Assembly (NCBI GenBank): GCA_964468255.1
Contig: CAYXTB010000001.1
Coordinates: 1 to 58,714 of the forward strand
Direction of reading: 5' to 3'
Length of the DNA: 58,714 nt
Source of the DNA: Candidatus Woesearchaeota archaeon
Lineage (GTDB): Archaea > Nanobdellota > Nanobdellia > Pacearchaeales > GW2011-AR1
Shown: piece by piece, positions 35,188-45,605 of the stretch
How positions within the stretch are numbered: the stretch's first letter is position 1
Layout of the letters: every line of letters begins with the position of its first letter
Position numbers and translations under genes: made by a program
The notes under the pieces: generated by a model
The model's input: the letters and a program-made list of their open reading frames with translations, nothing else
What the model was told of the DNA's origin: nothing
Databases searched by the model: none

Positions 35188-35922
35188 GTGAAAAAGGTGA
35201 AACTGAATCTTTATGAGCATGAATTAAGAAAGAATAAGAACTCAATTATAGAGATATTTGGGCTTCCAAAGTCAGGGAAAACAAGCCTGATGAAAGAGCT
35301 TAAAAGCAGAGGATTTAATGTTGCGCTTTCGAAATACCAGAGGAATCCAAACAATCCTGAAGACAGGAATGTTGTTAAAACAGAATCAACTCTAAAAAAA
35401 ACTTTATTCTTCTTAAGGCATTTTTTGATGCATCCTTGGAAATCTATTTATTTATTTTACAAGCTAAACAGCAACTGGATTATTATTCCAGGATTAAATG
35501 GCATTGACTATATTAAAATAGGCATTATGAGAAACAAATACCTTGCTGCCGTTCTTGGAAGATATTATCTAGTAGAAAAGATGAATGAAAAAATTTTTAT
35601 TGATGAATTTATTTTCCAGAGTTTGTTTATGATTCTTCAGAAAAAGTCAGATGAAAAGGAAATAAAAAGAGTTTTGAGATGCCTTCCTGAAGCTTATAAG
35701 ATACTTGTTATTGAAATAGATAAAAAAGAAAGGGAAAGAAGGATGAGAAAAAGCATCTCTGAGGGGCAGACCATAATATTAAAAAATGAGTATATAAAAG
35801 ATAGAGATAAAAATCAGACTTTCAATTATGATATTATAAAAAGAATCATGGATAAGGAATATGGGCCTACTAAGAAGATGAGCAAAAAGGATTTGTTTAA
35901 ATTAAAATATTCTGGCGAATAA
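35188..35922 (+). CDS. P-loop NTPase / kinase-like protein (paralogue group 1 of 4)
   Basis: 244 aa with a GTG start and the Walker A motif GLPKSGKTS near the N-terminus. Confidence 0.6.
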   Translation: MKKVKLNLYEHELRKNKNSIIEIFGLPKSGKTSLMKELKSRGFNVALSKYQRNPNNPEDRNVVKTESTLKKTLFFLRHFLMHPWKSIYLFYKLNSNWIIIPGLNGIDYIKIGIMRNKYLAAVLGRYYLVEKMNEKIFIDEFIFQSLFMILQKKSDEKEIKRVLRCLPEAYKILVIEIDKKERERRMRKSISEGQTIILKNEYIKDRDKNQTFNYDIIKRIMDKEYGPTKKMSKKDLFKLKYSGE

Positions 35923-36068
35923 TTATCTCCAATTACTCATTACCTATCGTTATTATAATACGTTATACTTAACCATCTATATTTATACATCATAATTATT
36001 TACGATGCGAAAAACAATATGAAAAGGAGAAGCATATTGTTTAAATAGCCTTGATTTTACCTAAAAAA

Positions 36069-37469
36069 ATGCAAAAAACCATTATATTAGGGGCAGGGCC
36101 TGCAGGGCTTGCAGTCGCCTATAAGATTTCAGAAGAAGGCAAAGAATCGTTAATTATTGAAAAGGAAAAGAGAGTTGGCGGGCTTTCTAAGTCATTTAAA
36201 TATAAGGGATTTACTTTTGATATAGGCCCACATTTATTCAAGACAAGAAATAAAGAAATAACTGCGCTCTGGGATGTAATGTCAAAAAAGAAATATGCTG
36301 ATAATAAACATGCGCCTGCAATGCTTTACAATAAAAAAGTATATGAAAGCATGACTGATATTATCTATAGCCTTCCAAAACTTAAATTTCTTGCTGCTGC
36401 TTTAAGCACACTTTCTGCAAAAATATTTGATAAGAAAATTAATTCTGGAGAAGATTGGATATCTGCAACAAGAGGCAGGATTATTTATAAAAAATTTTAC
36501 AAACCGAGAGAAGAAAAATTCTGGGGAACGAGCCTGGATAAAATAGATAAAGAATGGTATGAAAAAAGATTCGGAGAGCATAAATTAAAAGGCTTATTTG
36601 CAGGATTCAAAAACAGGATTCTCGGAAAATCTGGAAATAATAGAGCAATAGACACAACATATCATCCTCAAAAAGGGGCTGGAAGCATGTATGAGGCACT
36701 TGCTTCCATTATAAAGAAAAGAAAAAAAAGCAGGTTTATTTTCAATTCTGTTCCTGAAAAGATAAAACATAAAGGAAAGAAGATAAAATCAATTATTATT
36801 AGAAATTTAAAAACTGGCAGATTAAGAGAGATTAAGGCAGGAGAATTAATATCAAGCATTCCTATAATGGAATTAATTAAAAAGCTTGAGCCAAAAGCTC
36901 CGGAAGAAATACTTGAAATCTGCAAAGAATTAAAATATAGGGATTTAATTCTGGTTAATTTAATTGCTGAATTAAAAGGAGAAATGAAACATAGCTTCTT
37001 TAATGTTTATTCAAATGATATTAAGGCATTTAGAATAACGAATTTTGAGAATCTTTCTGAAAAAATGGGAAACGGGACAAAAATGAAGCCAATATGCATT
37101 GAATATAATTGCCTCAAAAATGATTTCTTATGGAATATGAATAAAAAGAAAATTATAGAAATGGCAAAGGAAGAGCTGGAAAAAATTGGATTTACAAAAA
37201 AAAACAAGATAAAGAATGGCTTTGTAGTTAAAATTGAGAATGCCTACCCAATACACTCAATTGGCTTTCAGGAAAAAACTAGGAAATTAAGGGAATATTT
37301 AATGAGATTTGAGAATTTGCAGAGCATTGGCAGAAATGGAGTATTTACTTATAATCAAATGAGGCATTCAGTTGAATCAGGATTAAGGGCAGGGGAAAAA
37401 GCCCTTGGAATAAGAAAAGATTTTGGAAAAATAGAAACAACTGATGAGGGAAGGGATGTTCTGGATTGA
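36069..37469 (+). CDS. FAD/NAD(P)-dependent oxidoreductase (amine oxidase / UDP-galactopyranose mutase-like fold)
   Basis: It has the Rossmann dinucleotide motif IILGAGPAGLAVAY...IIEKEKRVGG. The start was moved to the ATG at 36069 because the track ORF starts at a TTG at 36051. Confidence 0.75.
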   Translation: MQKTIILGAGPAGLAVAYKISEEGKESLIIEKEKRVGGLSKSFKYKGFTFDIGPHLFKTRNKEITALWDVMSKKKYADNKHAPAMLYNKKVYESMTDIIYSLPKLKFLAAALSTLSAKIFDKKINSGEDWISATRGRIIYKKFYKPREEKFWGTSLDKIDKEWYEKRFGEHKLKGLFAGFKNRILGKSGNNRAIDTTYHPQKGAGSMYEALASIIKKRKKSRFIFNSVPEKIKHKGKKIKSIIIRNLKTGRLREIKAGELISSIPIMELIKKLEPKAPEEILEICKELKYRDLILVNLIAELKGEMKHSFFNVYSNDIKAFRITNFENLSEKMGNGTKMKPICIEYNCLKNDFLWNMNKKKIIEMAKEELEKIGFTKKNKIKNGFVVKIENAYPIHSIGFQEKTRKLREYLMRFENLQSIGRNGVFTYNQMRHSVESGLRAGEKALGIRKDFGKIETTDEGRDVLD

Positions 37470-37508
37470 GTAAAGAGATAAATTTAAAAGTTTAAGATAG
37501 GAAGCAAG

Positions 37509-38639
37509 ATGATGATAAACTGCGGGAAATTTTATAAAGCACTTATAGATAGAAAGATAGAGTTTTTTACAGGAGTTCCTGATTCTTTGTTAAAAGATAT
37601 ATGCGCTTACATAACTGATAATACTCCTAAAGAAAGAAATATTATTGCTGCAAATGAGGGAGGAGCAATTGCCCTTGCTTCTGGATATTATTTAGCAACT
37701 GGAAAAATGCCTTTGGTTTACATGCAGAATTCTGGACAGGGAAATTCCATCAATCCTTTAGCTTCTTTAACAGACAAGGAAGTTTATAGCATTCCAATGC
37801 TGTTAATGATAGGATGGAGGGGAGAGCCGGGAAAGGAAGACGAGCCGCAACATAGAAAACAGGGCAGGATTACTTTAGATTTATTAAAAGTCCTTGAAAT
37901 TCCATATGAAATATTGTCTGATAAGAGCAATGGAATTGAGGATTACATTGACCGGGCGGTTACTCATATGAAAAAGAAAAACAGCTCTTATGCGTTCGTC
38001 GTGAGAAAAGGAACATTTGAGTCGTATGCTTTGAAAAATGACGGGGAGGAAAGGTACAAATTAACAAGAGAAGAAGCAATAAAATTGGCTGCCGAAAAAT
38101 TGGATGGAAGAGAAGTTATAATTTCTACAACCGGCATGATTTCAAGAGAGCTTTTTGAATATAGAAAGGGCAAAAATCAAAATTTGGGTAGAGATTTTTT
38201 AACAGTGGGATCAATGGGGCATGCTTCCCAGATAGCTCTCGGCATTGCGTTATCAAAGCCAAACAGAGAAGTTTATTGTTTTGACGGGGATGGCTCTGTA
38301 ATAATGCATCTTGGCTCTCTTGCTGTTATCGGAGAAAAAAAGCCGAGAAATTTTAAGCATATAGTTTTTAATAATGGAGTGCATGATTCAGTTGGCGGTC
38401 AACCAACTGCCGGCTTCTCAATAAATATCCCTGAAATTGCAAAGGCATGTGGTTACAAAGAAACATGGAGCGCTGAAACAGCCGAAGAAGCTGAGGAAAA
38501 GATAGAATTGCTGAAGAAAGCTGAAGGCCCTTCTCTTCTTGAAATAAAGGTCAGAAAGGGGCATAGAAAAAATCTCAGCAGACCAGACAAGAGCCCAGAG
38601 GAAAATAAAAATAATTTCATGAATTTCCTTGAAGAATAG
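37509..38639 (+). CDS. aepY: phosphonopyruvate decarboxylase
   Basis: 376 aa. It has the N-terminal FFTGVPDSLLKD block and the ThDP motif GDGSVIMHLGSL...VFNNGVHDSVGGQPT, both typical of Ppd. It is flanked by the AEP transaminase gene and lies near the PEP mutase gene. Confidence 0.85.
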   Translation: MMINCGKFYKALIDRKIEFFTGVPDSLLKDICAYITDNTPKERNIIAANEGGAIALASGYYLATGKMPLVYMQNSGQGNSINPLASLTDKEVYSIPMLLMIGWRGEPGKEDEPQHRKQGRITLDLLKVLEIPYEILSDKSNGIEDYIDRAVTHMKKKNSSYAFVVRKGTFESYALKNDGEERYKLTREEAIKLAAEKLDGREVIISTTGMISRELFEYRKGKNQNLGRDFLTVGSMGHASQIALGIALSKPNREVYCFDGDGSVIMHLGSLAVIGEKKPRNFKHIVFNNGVHDSVGGQPTAGFSINIPEIAKACGYKETWSAETAEEAEEKIELLKKAEGPSLLEIKVRKGHRKNLSRPDKSPEENKNNFMNFLEE

Positions 38640-38787
38640 CTAATTCAGCAAATATTATATCTTAATTATCTGCAGTTCTCTAACATTATCTTCATTAAGT
38701 TAATTATTGTTTCTAATTTCAGATATAATTCCTAGTTTGCTCTTAAAGATAGGGCAAGAGAATAAATATATTTATAAAAGGAGCAAA

Positions 38788-39936
38788 ATGCTGAATAAGA
38801 TGGAACCTCTGGAATTAAAAGTTAAGAGAAATATATTGTTAAATCCTGGGCCTGGAACAACGACTTACAGCGTTAAAATGGCTCAATTAGTTCCCGATAT
38901 CTGTCATAGAGAGAAGGAATTCTGCCTTCTTCTTGATGGTATAAGAAAAGACCTTGTTAAAATAGCCTCTAAAAGCCAAGAGGATCATACTGCTGTTCTT
39001 TTTGCAGGTTCTGGGACTGCTGCTGTTGAATCAGTTATAATATCTGCCATACCCGATAATAAAAAACTTCTTGTCATTAATAATGGGGCGTATGGAGACA
39101 GAATTGCAAAAATAGCCAGAACATTTGGAATAAATTTAGAGGAGCAAAAATATTCTTGGAATCAAGGGCCTGATTTGGAGAGAGTAAGGAGAGCTGTAAG
39201 TGAAAGTGGAATTGAATATATCGCGGCAGTCCATCATGAAACAACCTCTGGATTGCTAAATCCTATAAGAAAGCTCGGAGAAATAGCAAAGGCAAATGGA
39301 TGCAAATTTATTGTAGATGCAATGTCCAGCTTTGCAGGGATTGCTTTTAAAATGGAAGAGAATAATATAGATTACTTAATTTCCTCTGCAAACAAATGCT
39401 TACAAGGAATGCCTGGCATTTCATTTGTTATAGCAAAAAAAGATGAAATTGAAAAATTAAAAGATGGAAAAAAGAAATGTTTTTATCTTGATTTGCATGC
39501 GCAATATGAATCCTTGGAAAAACAGCAGCAAATGCGCTTTACTCCTCCTGTTCAAACTGCCTATGCATTGAGAAAGGCAATAGACGAGTTTTTTGAGGAA
39601 GGAGCTGAAAGAAGGCAGGAAAGATATTTCAAAAGCTGGCAGACTCTTACATCTGGATTGCATGAAATAGGATTTAAGCTTTTAATTGAAGATGAAAGGA
39701 TGCAGTCAAGAATATTGACTTCTGTAGTTGAGCCTAAGAATCAAGAGTATGATTTTGATAGACTGCATGATAGATTATATGAAAAAGGATTTACTATTTA
39801 TCCAGGCAAAATTGGAAACATGAATACATTTAGAATAGCAAATATGGGAGCAATAGATTATAGAGATATTGAAAACTTCCTTTCTGCTTTAAAAGATTCT
39901 TTAAAATGTATGGGAATTGAGAAATTAGTTTATTAA
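38788..39936 (+). CDS. phnW: 2-aminoethylphosphonate:pyruvate aminotransferase (class V aminotransferase)
   Basis: It has NPGPGTTT near the N-terminus and the PLP-lysine block SSANKCLQGMPG. The start was set at the ATG at 38788, which is preceded by AAAGGAG. The track ORF begins at a TTG at 38707. Confidence 0.8.
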   Translation: MLNKMEPLELKVKRNILLNPGPGTTTYSVKMAQLVPDICHREKEFCLLLDGIRKDLVKIASKSQEDHTAVLFAGSGTAAVESVIISAIPDNKKLLVINNGAYGDRIAKIARTFGINLEEQKYSWNQGPDLERVRRAVSESGIEYIAAVHHETTSGLLNPIRKLGEIAKANGCKFIVDAMSSFAGIAFKMEENNIDYLISSANKCLQGMPGISFVIAKKDEIEKLKDGKKKCFYLDLHAQYESLEKQQQMRFTPPVQTAYALRKAIDEFFEEGAERRQERYFKSWQTLTSGLHEIGFKLLIEDERMQSRILTSVVEPKNQEYDFDRLHDRLYEKGFTIYPGKIGNMNTFRIANMGAIDYRDIENFLSALKDSLKCMGIEKLVY

Positions 39937-39977
39937 ACTTTCATAATATTTATATATGGAGCTTTGCAGGAAGAAAA

Positions 39978-40838
39978 ATGGAAGCACAAGGAAAAACGCG
40001 GGAAGAAGAACAGAAAGATTTTTTTAGGGAGAATTGCTATTTGCTCGTGAGAGATTTTTTCTCTGAAGAACAAGTCAGGTTATTAAGAAGATATGCTGAT
40101 GAAATGGGCGAGCAATCGCAAAGAGTATTGAATGCTGCCCCACAATCAAGTATGGATATTAATTCTTTTCAAAATGCATTTAAAGGATTAATAGTTGTGC
40201 CAGAAAAAGAAAAGCCTAATCAGGTATGCAGAGTAGAGGATATGCTTTCGTATAGCAGAGGCCTTTATCATTTGGTCTTGGGAAGCGTTACTCCTTTTAT
40301 TTCAGATGTTCTTGGGGAAGAATATGTTCCATTCAAGGATAAGCTTAACTTCAAATGGCCTGGAGGAGGAGCTTTTAAGCCTCATCAAGATTATCCTGCT
40401 TATGACTTGTTTGGGCCGAAAGAGCATGTAACTGCTATGATAAGCATTGATCCATCAACTTTGGAAAATGGCTGCCTTAAAGTTGCCCATAATTACAGGA
40501 AGCCTTTAATAGCAAATGAAAGAATAGAGCAAAAATCTTTATTGCTGGGAAAACCAATAATACCATATAATGGAGATACTATGGAGCAAGAATTTGTTGA
40601 TGTGTTTGATTGGAGGCCTATTGCAACAATGCCAAGGGATTTATTAATATTTGATTCCTATGTTCCTCATGCATCTGAGGCAAATGCCAGCAATTTCCCA
40701 AGAAGAGCAATGTTCATAACGCACAACAGGCTTGCTGAAGGAGAATGGAGAAAAGCATATTACGATTTGAAGAGGAGAGACCCCTTAAATCCTAAGTTTC
40801 ATTTTGCAAATCCAACTACAAAGAGAGAGGAAAAGTAA
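39978..40838 (+). CDS. PhyH-family Fe(II)/2-oxoglutarate dioxygenase
   Basis: 286 aa with an HQD facial-triad start (KPHQDYPAY) and a distal His (YVPHASEAN). It sits inside the phosphonate cluster, where PhnY*-type AEP hydroxylases belong to this family. Confidence 0.7.
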   Translation: MEAQGKTREEEQKDFFRENCYLLVRDFFSEEQVRLLRRYADEMGEQSQRVLNAAPQSSMDINSFQNAFKGLIVVPEKEKPNQVCRVEDMLSYSRGLYHLVLGSVTPFISDVLGEEYVPFKDKLNFKWPGGGAFKPHQDYPAYDLFGPKEHVTAMISIDPSTLENGCLKVAHNYRKPLIANERIEQKSLLLGKPIIPYNGDTMEQEFVDVFDWRPIATMPRDLLIFDSYVPHASEANASNFPRRAMFITHNRLAEGEWRKAYYDLKRRDPLNPKFHFANPTTKREEK

Positions 40839-40865
40839 TAAATAGTGTTTTTTTCTTTGATTTAA

Positions 40866-41393
40866 ATGAAAGGAAAATTAATAGTTTTTGAGGGAGCTGA
40901 CGGCTCTGGAAAAACATCTACAATAGATGCTCTAATGCCTCTGTTGGAAAACCATGGATTTTCTGTTAAGAGAATTTATTTTAGCTCTTTATTGAGAAAA
41001 AGGACTATATTAAGAAGGGCCTTTTCACTTTTTGGAAAGCTGCTCCTGGCTTATTTCAGTTTAATTACCGGAAAATTAATTTTAGCTGATAGGTATATTT
41101 ATTTAACATTCAGGAAAAATGAAATATTGAAAAAAATAGTAAGAACTTTATATCCTAGGGCTGACAAGGTTTTTGTTATGAAGGCAAGCCCTAAAGTATT
41201 AAGAAAAAGGAGGGAGATTTATGAGGGAATTGGGAATAAGCTTTTAAAAAGAAAGGCTGAATTGCAAAGCATTAAAGAGATAAATGAATTGTATAGAATC
41301 TACGAATCTGTACCTAAAGCAATAGTAATCAATATGGAAAAGCCGAGAAAATCAAATTTAAATATTATAATAAATGAAATAAAACAATTATAA
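40866..41393 (+). CDS. thymidylate-kinase-like P-loop kinase (paralogue group 2 of 4)
   Basis: 175 aa with the blocks LIVFEGADGSGKTS, LADRYIYLTFRKN and VFVMKASPKVLRKRR. Confidence 0.7.
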   Translation: MKGKLIVFEGADGSGKTSTIDALMPLLENHGFSVKRIYFSSLLRKRTILRRAFSLFGKLLLAYFSLITGKLILADRYIYLTFRKNEILKKIVRTLYPRADKVFVMKASPKVLRKRREIYEGIGNKLLKRKAELQSIKEINELYRIYESVPKAIVINMEKPRKSNLNIIINEIKQL

Positions 41394-41395
41394 AA

Positions 41396-42283
41396 ATGAG
41401 AAATAATAACACTTTATCTAGAGTTTTTGATGCTTTTAATGGAAAAAAGGCCAGTTATATTGTTAGGACTAGCTATGAAAAATTGCCTTACTCATTGAAT
41501 GGGAAAGATGTTGATTTGCTTGTTGCAAGAGAGGATTTTCTAATTGTGAGAGAAATTTTGAAAAAAGAGGGATTTATTTTTTATCCTTTTACAGAGCCGC
41601 ATTATCTCTATTATTTCTATGATTCAAAATTAGGATTAATAGAGATTGATATTTTGCTTGCTTCTAAAATTCCAAAAAGAAAAAAGTACAGGAATTTTTA
41701 TATACTGAAAGAAGAAAAGAAATATAATTATAATAAAAGCTTTCCCTATAAATTAAAAACAGGAATAAAAAGAAAACTACACTTTTTATTTAAGGGCAAG
41801 CTTGTGTGCTTTATAGGTCCTGATGGCTCTGGAAAAACGACATCTATGAATGCTGTTTTTGATTCATTGAAAAATTTTCCTGTTAGAAAAGAAAGAATGC
41901 TCTTTGGGGCTTTAAAACCTTCTCCAATCCAGAGAGCATTGAGCAGAATTGGAAGCATAATTAAGGTTTATATGAATATATTTTCAGGAAAACTAACTTT
42001 GACTGACCGCTATTTATATCTAACTTTCAGGAAAAGTCATCCTATCTTTAGAAAGATTTTCAGGGCAATTGCACCGAAGCCGAATATTGTTTTTGTAATG
42101 AAAGCTTCTTACTCTTTGCTAAAGAAGAGAAGAAAAGATGATGTATTAGATGAGAAGACAGTAAATGATTTGTATAGATTATTTGAGAAAATTAAAAATG
42201 CCGAATGGATTGATACTTCTAAAAATTACAAGAAAAATATTGATTTTATGATTAAAAGGGTTCTTGATTTATATAGAAGATAA
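41396..42283 (+). CDS. two-domain protein: N-terminal nucleotidyltransferase-like region plus Tmk-like P-loop kinase (paralogue group 3 of 4)
   Basis: 295 aa. The N-terminus has GKDVDLLVAREDF. The C-terminus has FIGPDGSGKTT, LTDRYLYLTFRKS and VFVMKASYSLLKKRR, closely parallel to 40866-41393. Confidence 0.65.
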   Translation: MRNNNTLSRVFDAFNGKKASYIVRTSYEKLPYSLNGKDVDLLVAREDFLIVREILKKEGFIFYPFTEPHYLYYFYDSKLGLIEIDILLASKIPKRKKYRNFYILKEEKKYNYNKSFPYKLKTGIKRKLHFLFKGKLVCFIGPDGSGKTTSMNAVFDSLKNFPVRKERMLFGALKPSPIQRALSRIGSIIKVYMNIFSGKLTLTDRYLYLTFRKSHPIFRKIFRAIAPKPNIVFVMKASYSLLKKRRKDDVLDEKTVNDLYRLFEKIKNAEWIDTSKNYKKNIDFMIKRVLDLYRR

Positions 42284-42335
42284 ATAAAGAATTTAATTTC
42301 ATTTTATATATAAAGCCCTTACCCTTAGAAAGTAG

Positions 42336-42773
42336 ATGAAAAAGGAGACAGGAACAATAACGCCAGAAGAGACTACTAATAACATTTTAAATCTTAATTC
42401 ATTTTGTATTATAGCCACTGCATCTGAAAAAGGAGAGCCAGAAGCGGCAACTATTGAATACATGAGAGGAGATGAGTATGATTTATATTTCAAAACATTT
42501 AGTGACAGCAGGAAATATAAAAATCTCTGCTTAAATCATAGGGCAAGCATTGTTGTAAATTTTCTGCCGCATTCTTTGCAGATGAATGGTATTATTTTCG
42601 AATTAGAAGGCAACGAAAAGGAGAAGATTAAAGAAAGATTTATGAAAGAGAACGGAAAGGAAAATTGGTATAATTATCCTGAAACCAAATTTCTTAAATT
42701 TTCTCCTAATTGGATAAGGCTTTTTGTGCCAAACAAATTTTTTCCTATAAAGCAGATTATTAATAAAACTTAA
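42336..42773 (+). CDS. pyridoxamine 5'-phosphate oxidase-like FMN-binding split-barrel protein
   Basis: 145 aa. The pattern FCIIATASEKGEPEAATIEY...LYFKTFSDSRKYKNL..N.RASIVV is typical of the PNPOx-like family. Confidence 0.65.
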   Translation: MKKETGTITPEETTNNILNLNSFCIIATASEKGEPEAATIEYMRGDEYDLYFKTFSDSRKYKNLCLNHRASIVVNFLPHSLQMNGIIFELEGNEKEKIKERFMKENGKENWYNYPETKFLKFSPNWIRLFVPNKFFPIKQIINKT

Positions 42774-42822
42774 AGCATTATTTAGCTATCATTATAATTA
42801 TCTTATACACTGATGTAATTGT

Positions 42823-42861
42823 CAGCAATTCTCTTGTGCTCAAGGTCAAGTTCCTTGACAT
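42823..42861. repeat. hairpin repeat element, copy C (solo terminal module)
   Basis: CAGCAATTCTCTTGTGCTCAAGG-TCAAG-TTCCTTGACAT matches the right end of copy B (31745-31778). It also matches the reverse complement of the left end of copy A. Confidence 0.55.
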
Positions 42862-42948
42862 GATAAATTACCTATAAATAAACTGAAAGGATTGAACTAT
42901 AAGATAAAGTACAGGTATATTTAAAAAAGGCTCTATTTCTTGAATTAA

Positions 42949-43764
42949 ATGGATAATAAATTAAAAGAATTGGTTATAAAAGAATATGACAGCGATTTTG
43001 CCAAAAAGTCGTATGAGAAGATTATAAAAGAAGGGCTTTTTGAGAGCGAGAAATATTTTATTGGCAAGTATTTCAAGAAAAAAGAGAAGGTTCTTGACAT
43101 AGGATGCGGGACAGGAAGAGCATCTATCCAGTTGCATAAGCTTGGATATAAAATGACTGGCATTGATATAGTTAAAAGCATGATTGAAAAAGCCAAAGAG
43201 ATTGCTAAAAGAAATAAGCTGAAAATAAAATATAAGGTTGGAGACGCAACTTCATTGCAATTTAAAGACAAAGAGTTTGATTATGCCTTATTCACATATC
43301 AAGGATGGACTAAGATTCCAGGAAAAGAAAACAGGCAAAAAGCCTTGAATGAGGCATTTAGGGTATTAAAGAAGGGAGGAATATTTTTATTGACTGCAAG
43401 AAGAAGAATATGGACTGGAAGGCATTTATTTATATGGCTCTGGAACTGGATAAGATTTTACATATTAAAAAGAATTGGATTTAAAATCTGGGAAAAAGAT
43501 TTCGGCGACAGAATGTGGATTGATAAAGGATTCATCAAATGGCTAAAATCCAGGATTTTGAAGAGCATCGGATTTAAAATTGAGGATAATTATGCAAGAT
43601 ATAATACAAATCAATATTACCATATTCCTTCTGTTGAGGAAGTAAAAAGGCAGATAAGAGCTTCTGGATTTAAAATTTTAGAGATAAATAACAGGATAGA
43701 AAGGCAAAAATGGCAGAAAGCCAATAAGCATAGCCCATTATTTTATGTCTGCGAGAAAATTTAA
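42949..43764 (+). CDS. class I SAM-dependent methyltransferase
   Basis: It has the motif I block VLDIGCGTGRASIQL and the post-I acidic residue (GIDIV). The C-terminus contains an internally repeated GFKIWEKDF / GFKIEDNY segment. Confidence 0.8.
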   Translation: MDNKLKELVIKEYDSDFAKKSYEKIIKEGLFESEKYFIGKYFKKKEKVLDIGCGTGRASIQLHKLGYKMTGIDIVKSMIEKAKEIAKRNKLKIKYKVGDATSLQFKDKEFDYALFTYQGWTKIPGKENRQKALNEAFRVLKKGGIFLLTARRRIWTGRHLFIWLWNWIRFYILKRIGFKIWEKDFGDRMWIDKGFIKWLKSRILKSIGFKIEDNYARYNTNQYYHIPSVEEVKRQIRASGFKILEINNRIERQKWQKANKHSPLFYVCEKI

Positions 43765-45479
43765 ACTTTATTAAAATACTGGCTTAAAAGAACAAAATCA
43801 TTTTCATTATGAAGCTCAAGCCAGCCCTTATGAGTCTCAATGAAATTTATTTTGAAGCCTCTATATATCATTTCCTGGAAAATGTCTGTAAAATCAGCTT
43901 TATGAATTGATTCTACTTCATGAAAAGAGCCTTTATGATTTAAAATGCAGTCTTCATAAACCTTGATAAAATTCTTTGCTCCTTCTTCTGTAAATTTTAT
44001 AAAGCTTAAAGCTTCATGAGTTGCTTCATTTATGTCTATCTTCTTTCCTATTTTCTTTACTTCATTATTTTTTGGCTTTATCTCTCTCAAAGCAAAGGAT
44101 GATTCTTTCGCTGCAATCAAATCAAGTTCTTTATCTATATTATGCTTATGATAAGCATAAGAATTATCAGCAACTATAACAATGTCTCCTTCTGCTTTCA
44201 ATAGATTAGACATTAATTTATTATCAAAAATAATATCTGGATTAATATAAATAAAGCCCAATTTCATCTTATTTTTTGCGAGCATCATGCCGTATAAGGC
44301 ATAAGTTTCCTGCCATTTTTCATTCCTTATGTAATTAGCTCCAGGAATGTTAAACATTTCTGCCTTATAGCCAGTTACGACATTTATATCAGAAAGACCT
44401 GCTTCTTTTAGCAGATCTATTTGTTTCTGAAGCAAAGGAGTGCCATTTATTTTTACAAGAGCTTTTGGAATATCTCCTTGGTTTAATTTTACAGGAAGAA
44501 AATCGTGACCTGCTGCAGTAATTATGACTGGCAGAGAAATAGATCTTAATTTGTCTTTTTCGGTTATATCAGTAAAACCTACAATTTCAAAGACTTTCTT
44601 TAATGGAACACAGAGAGAATTCGCTTCATAAGACCTATCATTGAATAAAATTGACTCGCAAGCTTTTTCCATAGAATGATATGCTGACCTTAAAAGATGA
44701 TTGGCATGGATAACAATGTTGAAACCAAGCTCTCTCAATTCAGAATCATAAATTCTATTATATGTTGTCGGAACTGCTACTAATGGCTTGCCGAAGCCGA
44801 TTGTATTTGAAAATAGGGATTTATATCTCTTTGCGAACTCTATTATTTTCTCTGGAGAATCGTCTTTGGAATGAATCATTATTCCATCAACTCCTGCTTT
44901 TAAATAAATTTCAGCTCTTTTTAATGCATCATCTAAATCCTTGCCGGCTATAAAACTCTCAATTCTGGCAATTATCATGAAATCTCTGAATTTTTGCACT
45001 TTCTTGCCTGCTTTTATTTTTTCCGCAAATATTTTTGGATCTTCTAAATCTTGCTTTGCCCCTTGGAAAAGAGAGTTTCTTTTTGGAAATATTTTGTCCT
45101 CTATTATAACTGCTGAAACTCCTATGGCCTCCAATCTTGGAATCAAATATTCAAATTGGCTTATATCTCCTCCTGTATCGCCGTCAAATATAATTGGCTT
45201 TGAAGTGACTCTTGTAATTTGCTCTGTTGTTGATAGTCTGGAATCCATGCTGACTAGTTCCACATCTGGCATGCCTTTTGAGGCAGAATCTGTCAAAGAG
45301 GATTCCCAAAGAGCATCAAATTCTAAAGATTCAAGATCTTTTTCTATTTTGAGATCATTTGCTATTATTCCTGATAGTCCATTATGCACTTCTATTGCTC
45401 TGATAAAGCCTTTTCTATTTAATATTTCCTTCAACTTGGGTATTCTTTCAGATGATGAAATTAGGTTCTTTAATGTCAT
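43761..45479 (-). CDS. aepX: phosphoenolpyruvate mutase fused to a C-terminal nucleotidyltransferase domain
   Basis: 572 aa. The N-terminal half has EVHNGLSGIIAN and the diagnostic EDKIFPKRNS block of PEP mutase. The C-terminal half has an NTP-transferase-like start, VIITAAGHDF...PKALVKINGTPLL. Confidence 0.85.
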   Translation of the reverse strand: MTLKNLISSSERIPKLKEILNRKGFIRAIEVHNGLSGIIANDLKIEKDLESLEFDALWESSLTDSASKGMPDVELVSMDSRLSTTEQITRVTSKPIIFDGDTGGDISQFEYLIPRLEAIGVSAVIIEDKIFPKRNSLFQGAKQDLEDPKIFAEKIKAGKKVQKFRDFMIIARIESFIAGKDLDDALKRAEIYLKAGVDGIMIHSKDDSPEKIIEFAKRYKSLFSNTIGFGKPLVAVPTTYNRIYDSELRELGFNIVIHANHLLRSAYHSMEKACESILFNDRSYEANSLCVPLKKVFEIVGFTDITEKDKLRSISLPVIITAAGHDFLPVKLNQGDIPKALVKINGTPLLQKQIDLLKEAGLSDINVVTGYKAEMFNIPGANYIRNEKWQETYALYGMMLAKNKMKLGFIYINPDIIFDNKLMSNLLKAEGDIVIVADNSYAYHKHNIDKELDLIAAKESSFALREIKPKNNEVKKIGKKIDINEATHEALSFIKFTEEGAKNFIKVYEDCILNHKGSFHEVESIHKADFTDIFQEMIYRGFKINFIETHKGWLELHNENDFVLLSQYFNKV

Positions 45480-45605
45480 TTTTTGTAAAAATTCAATATT
45501 ATGAGGTTTTATAAATATATATGAAAGATGATTCCATAGACTTGTATTATCTGTTACAATGATTCTTGTTTGGGATATTAGAGGGCAATCATAAATGTTT
45601 ATAAA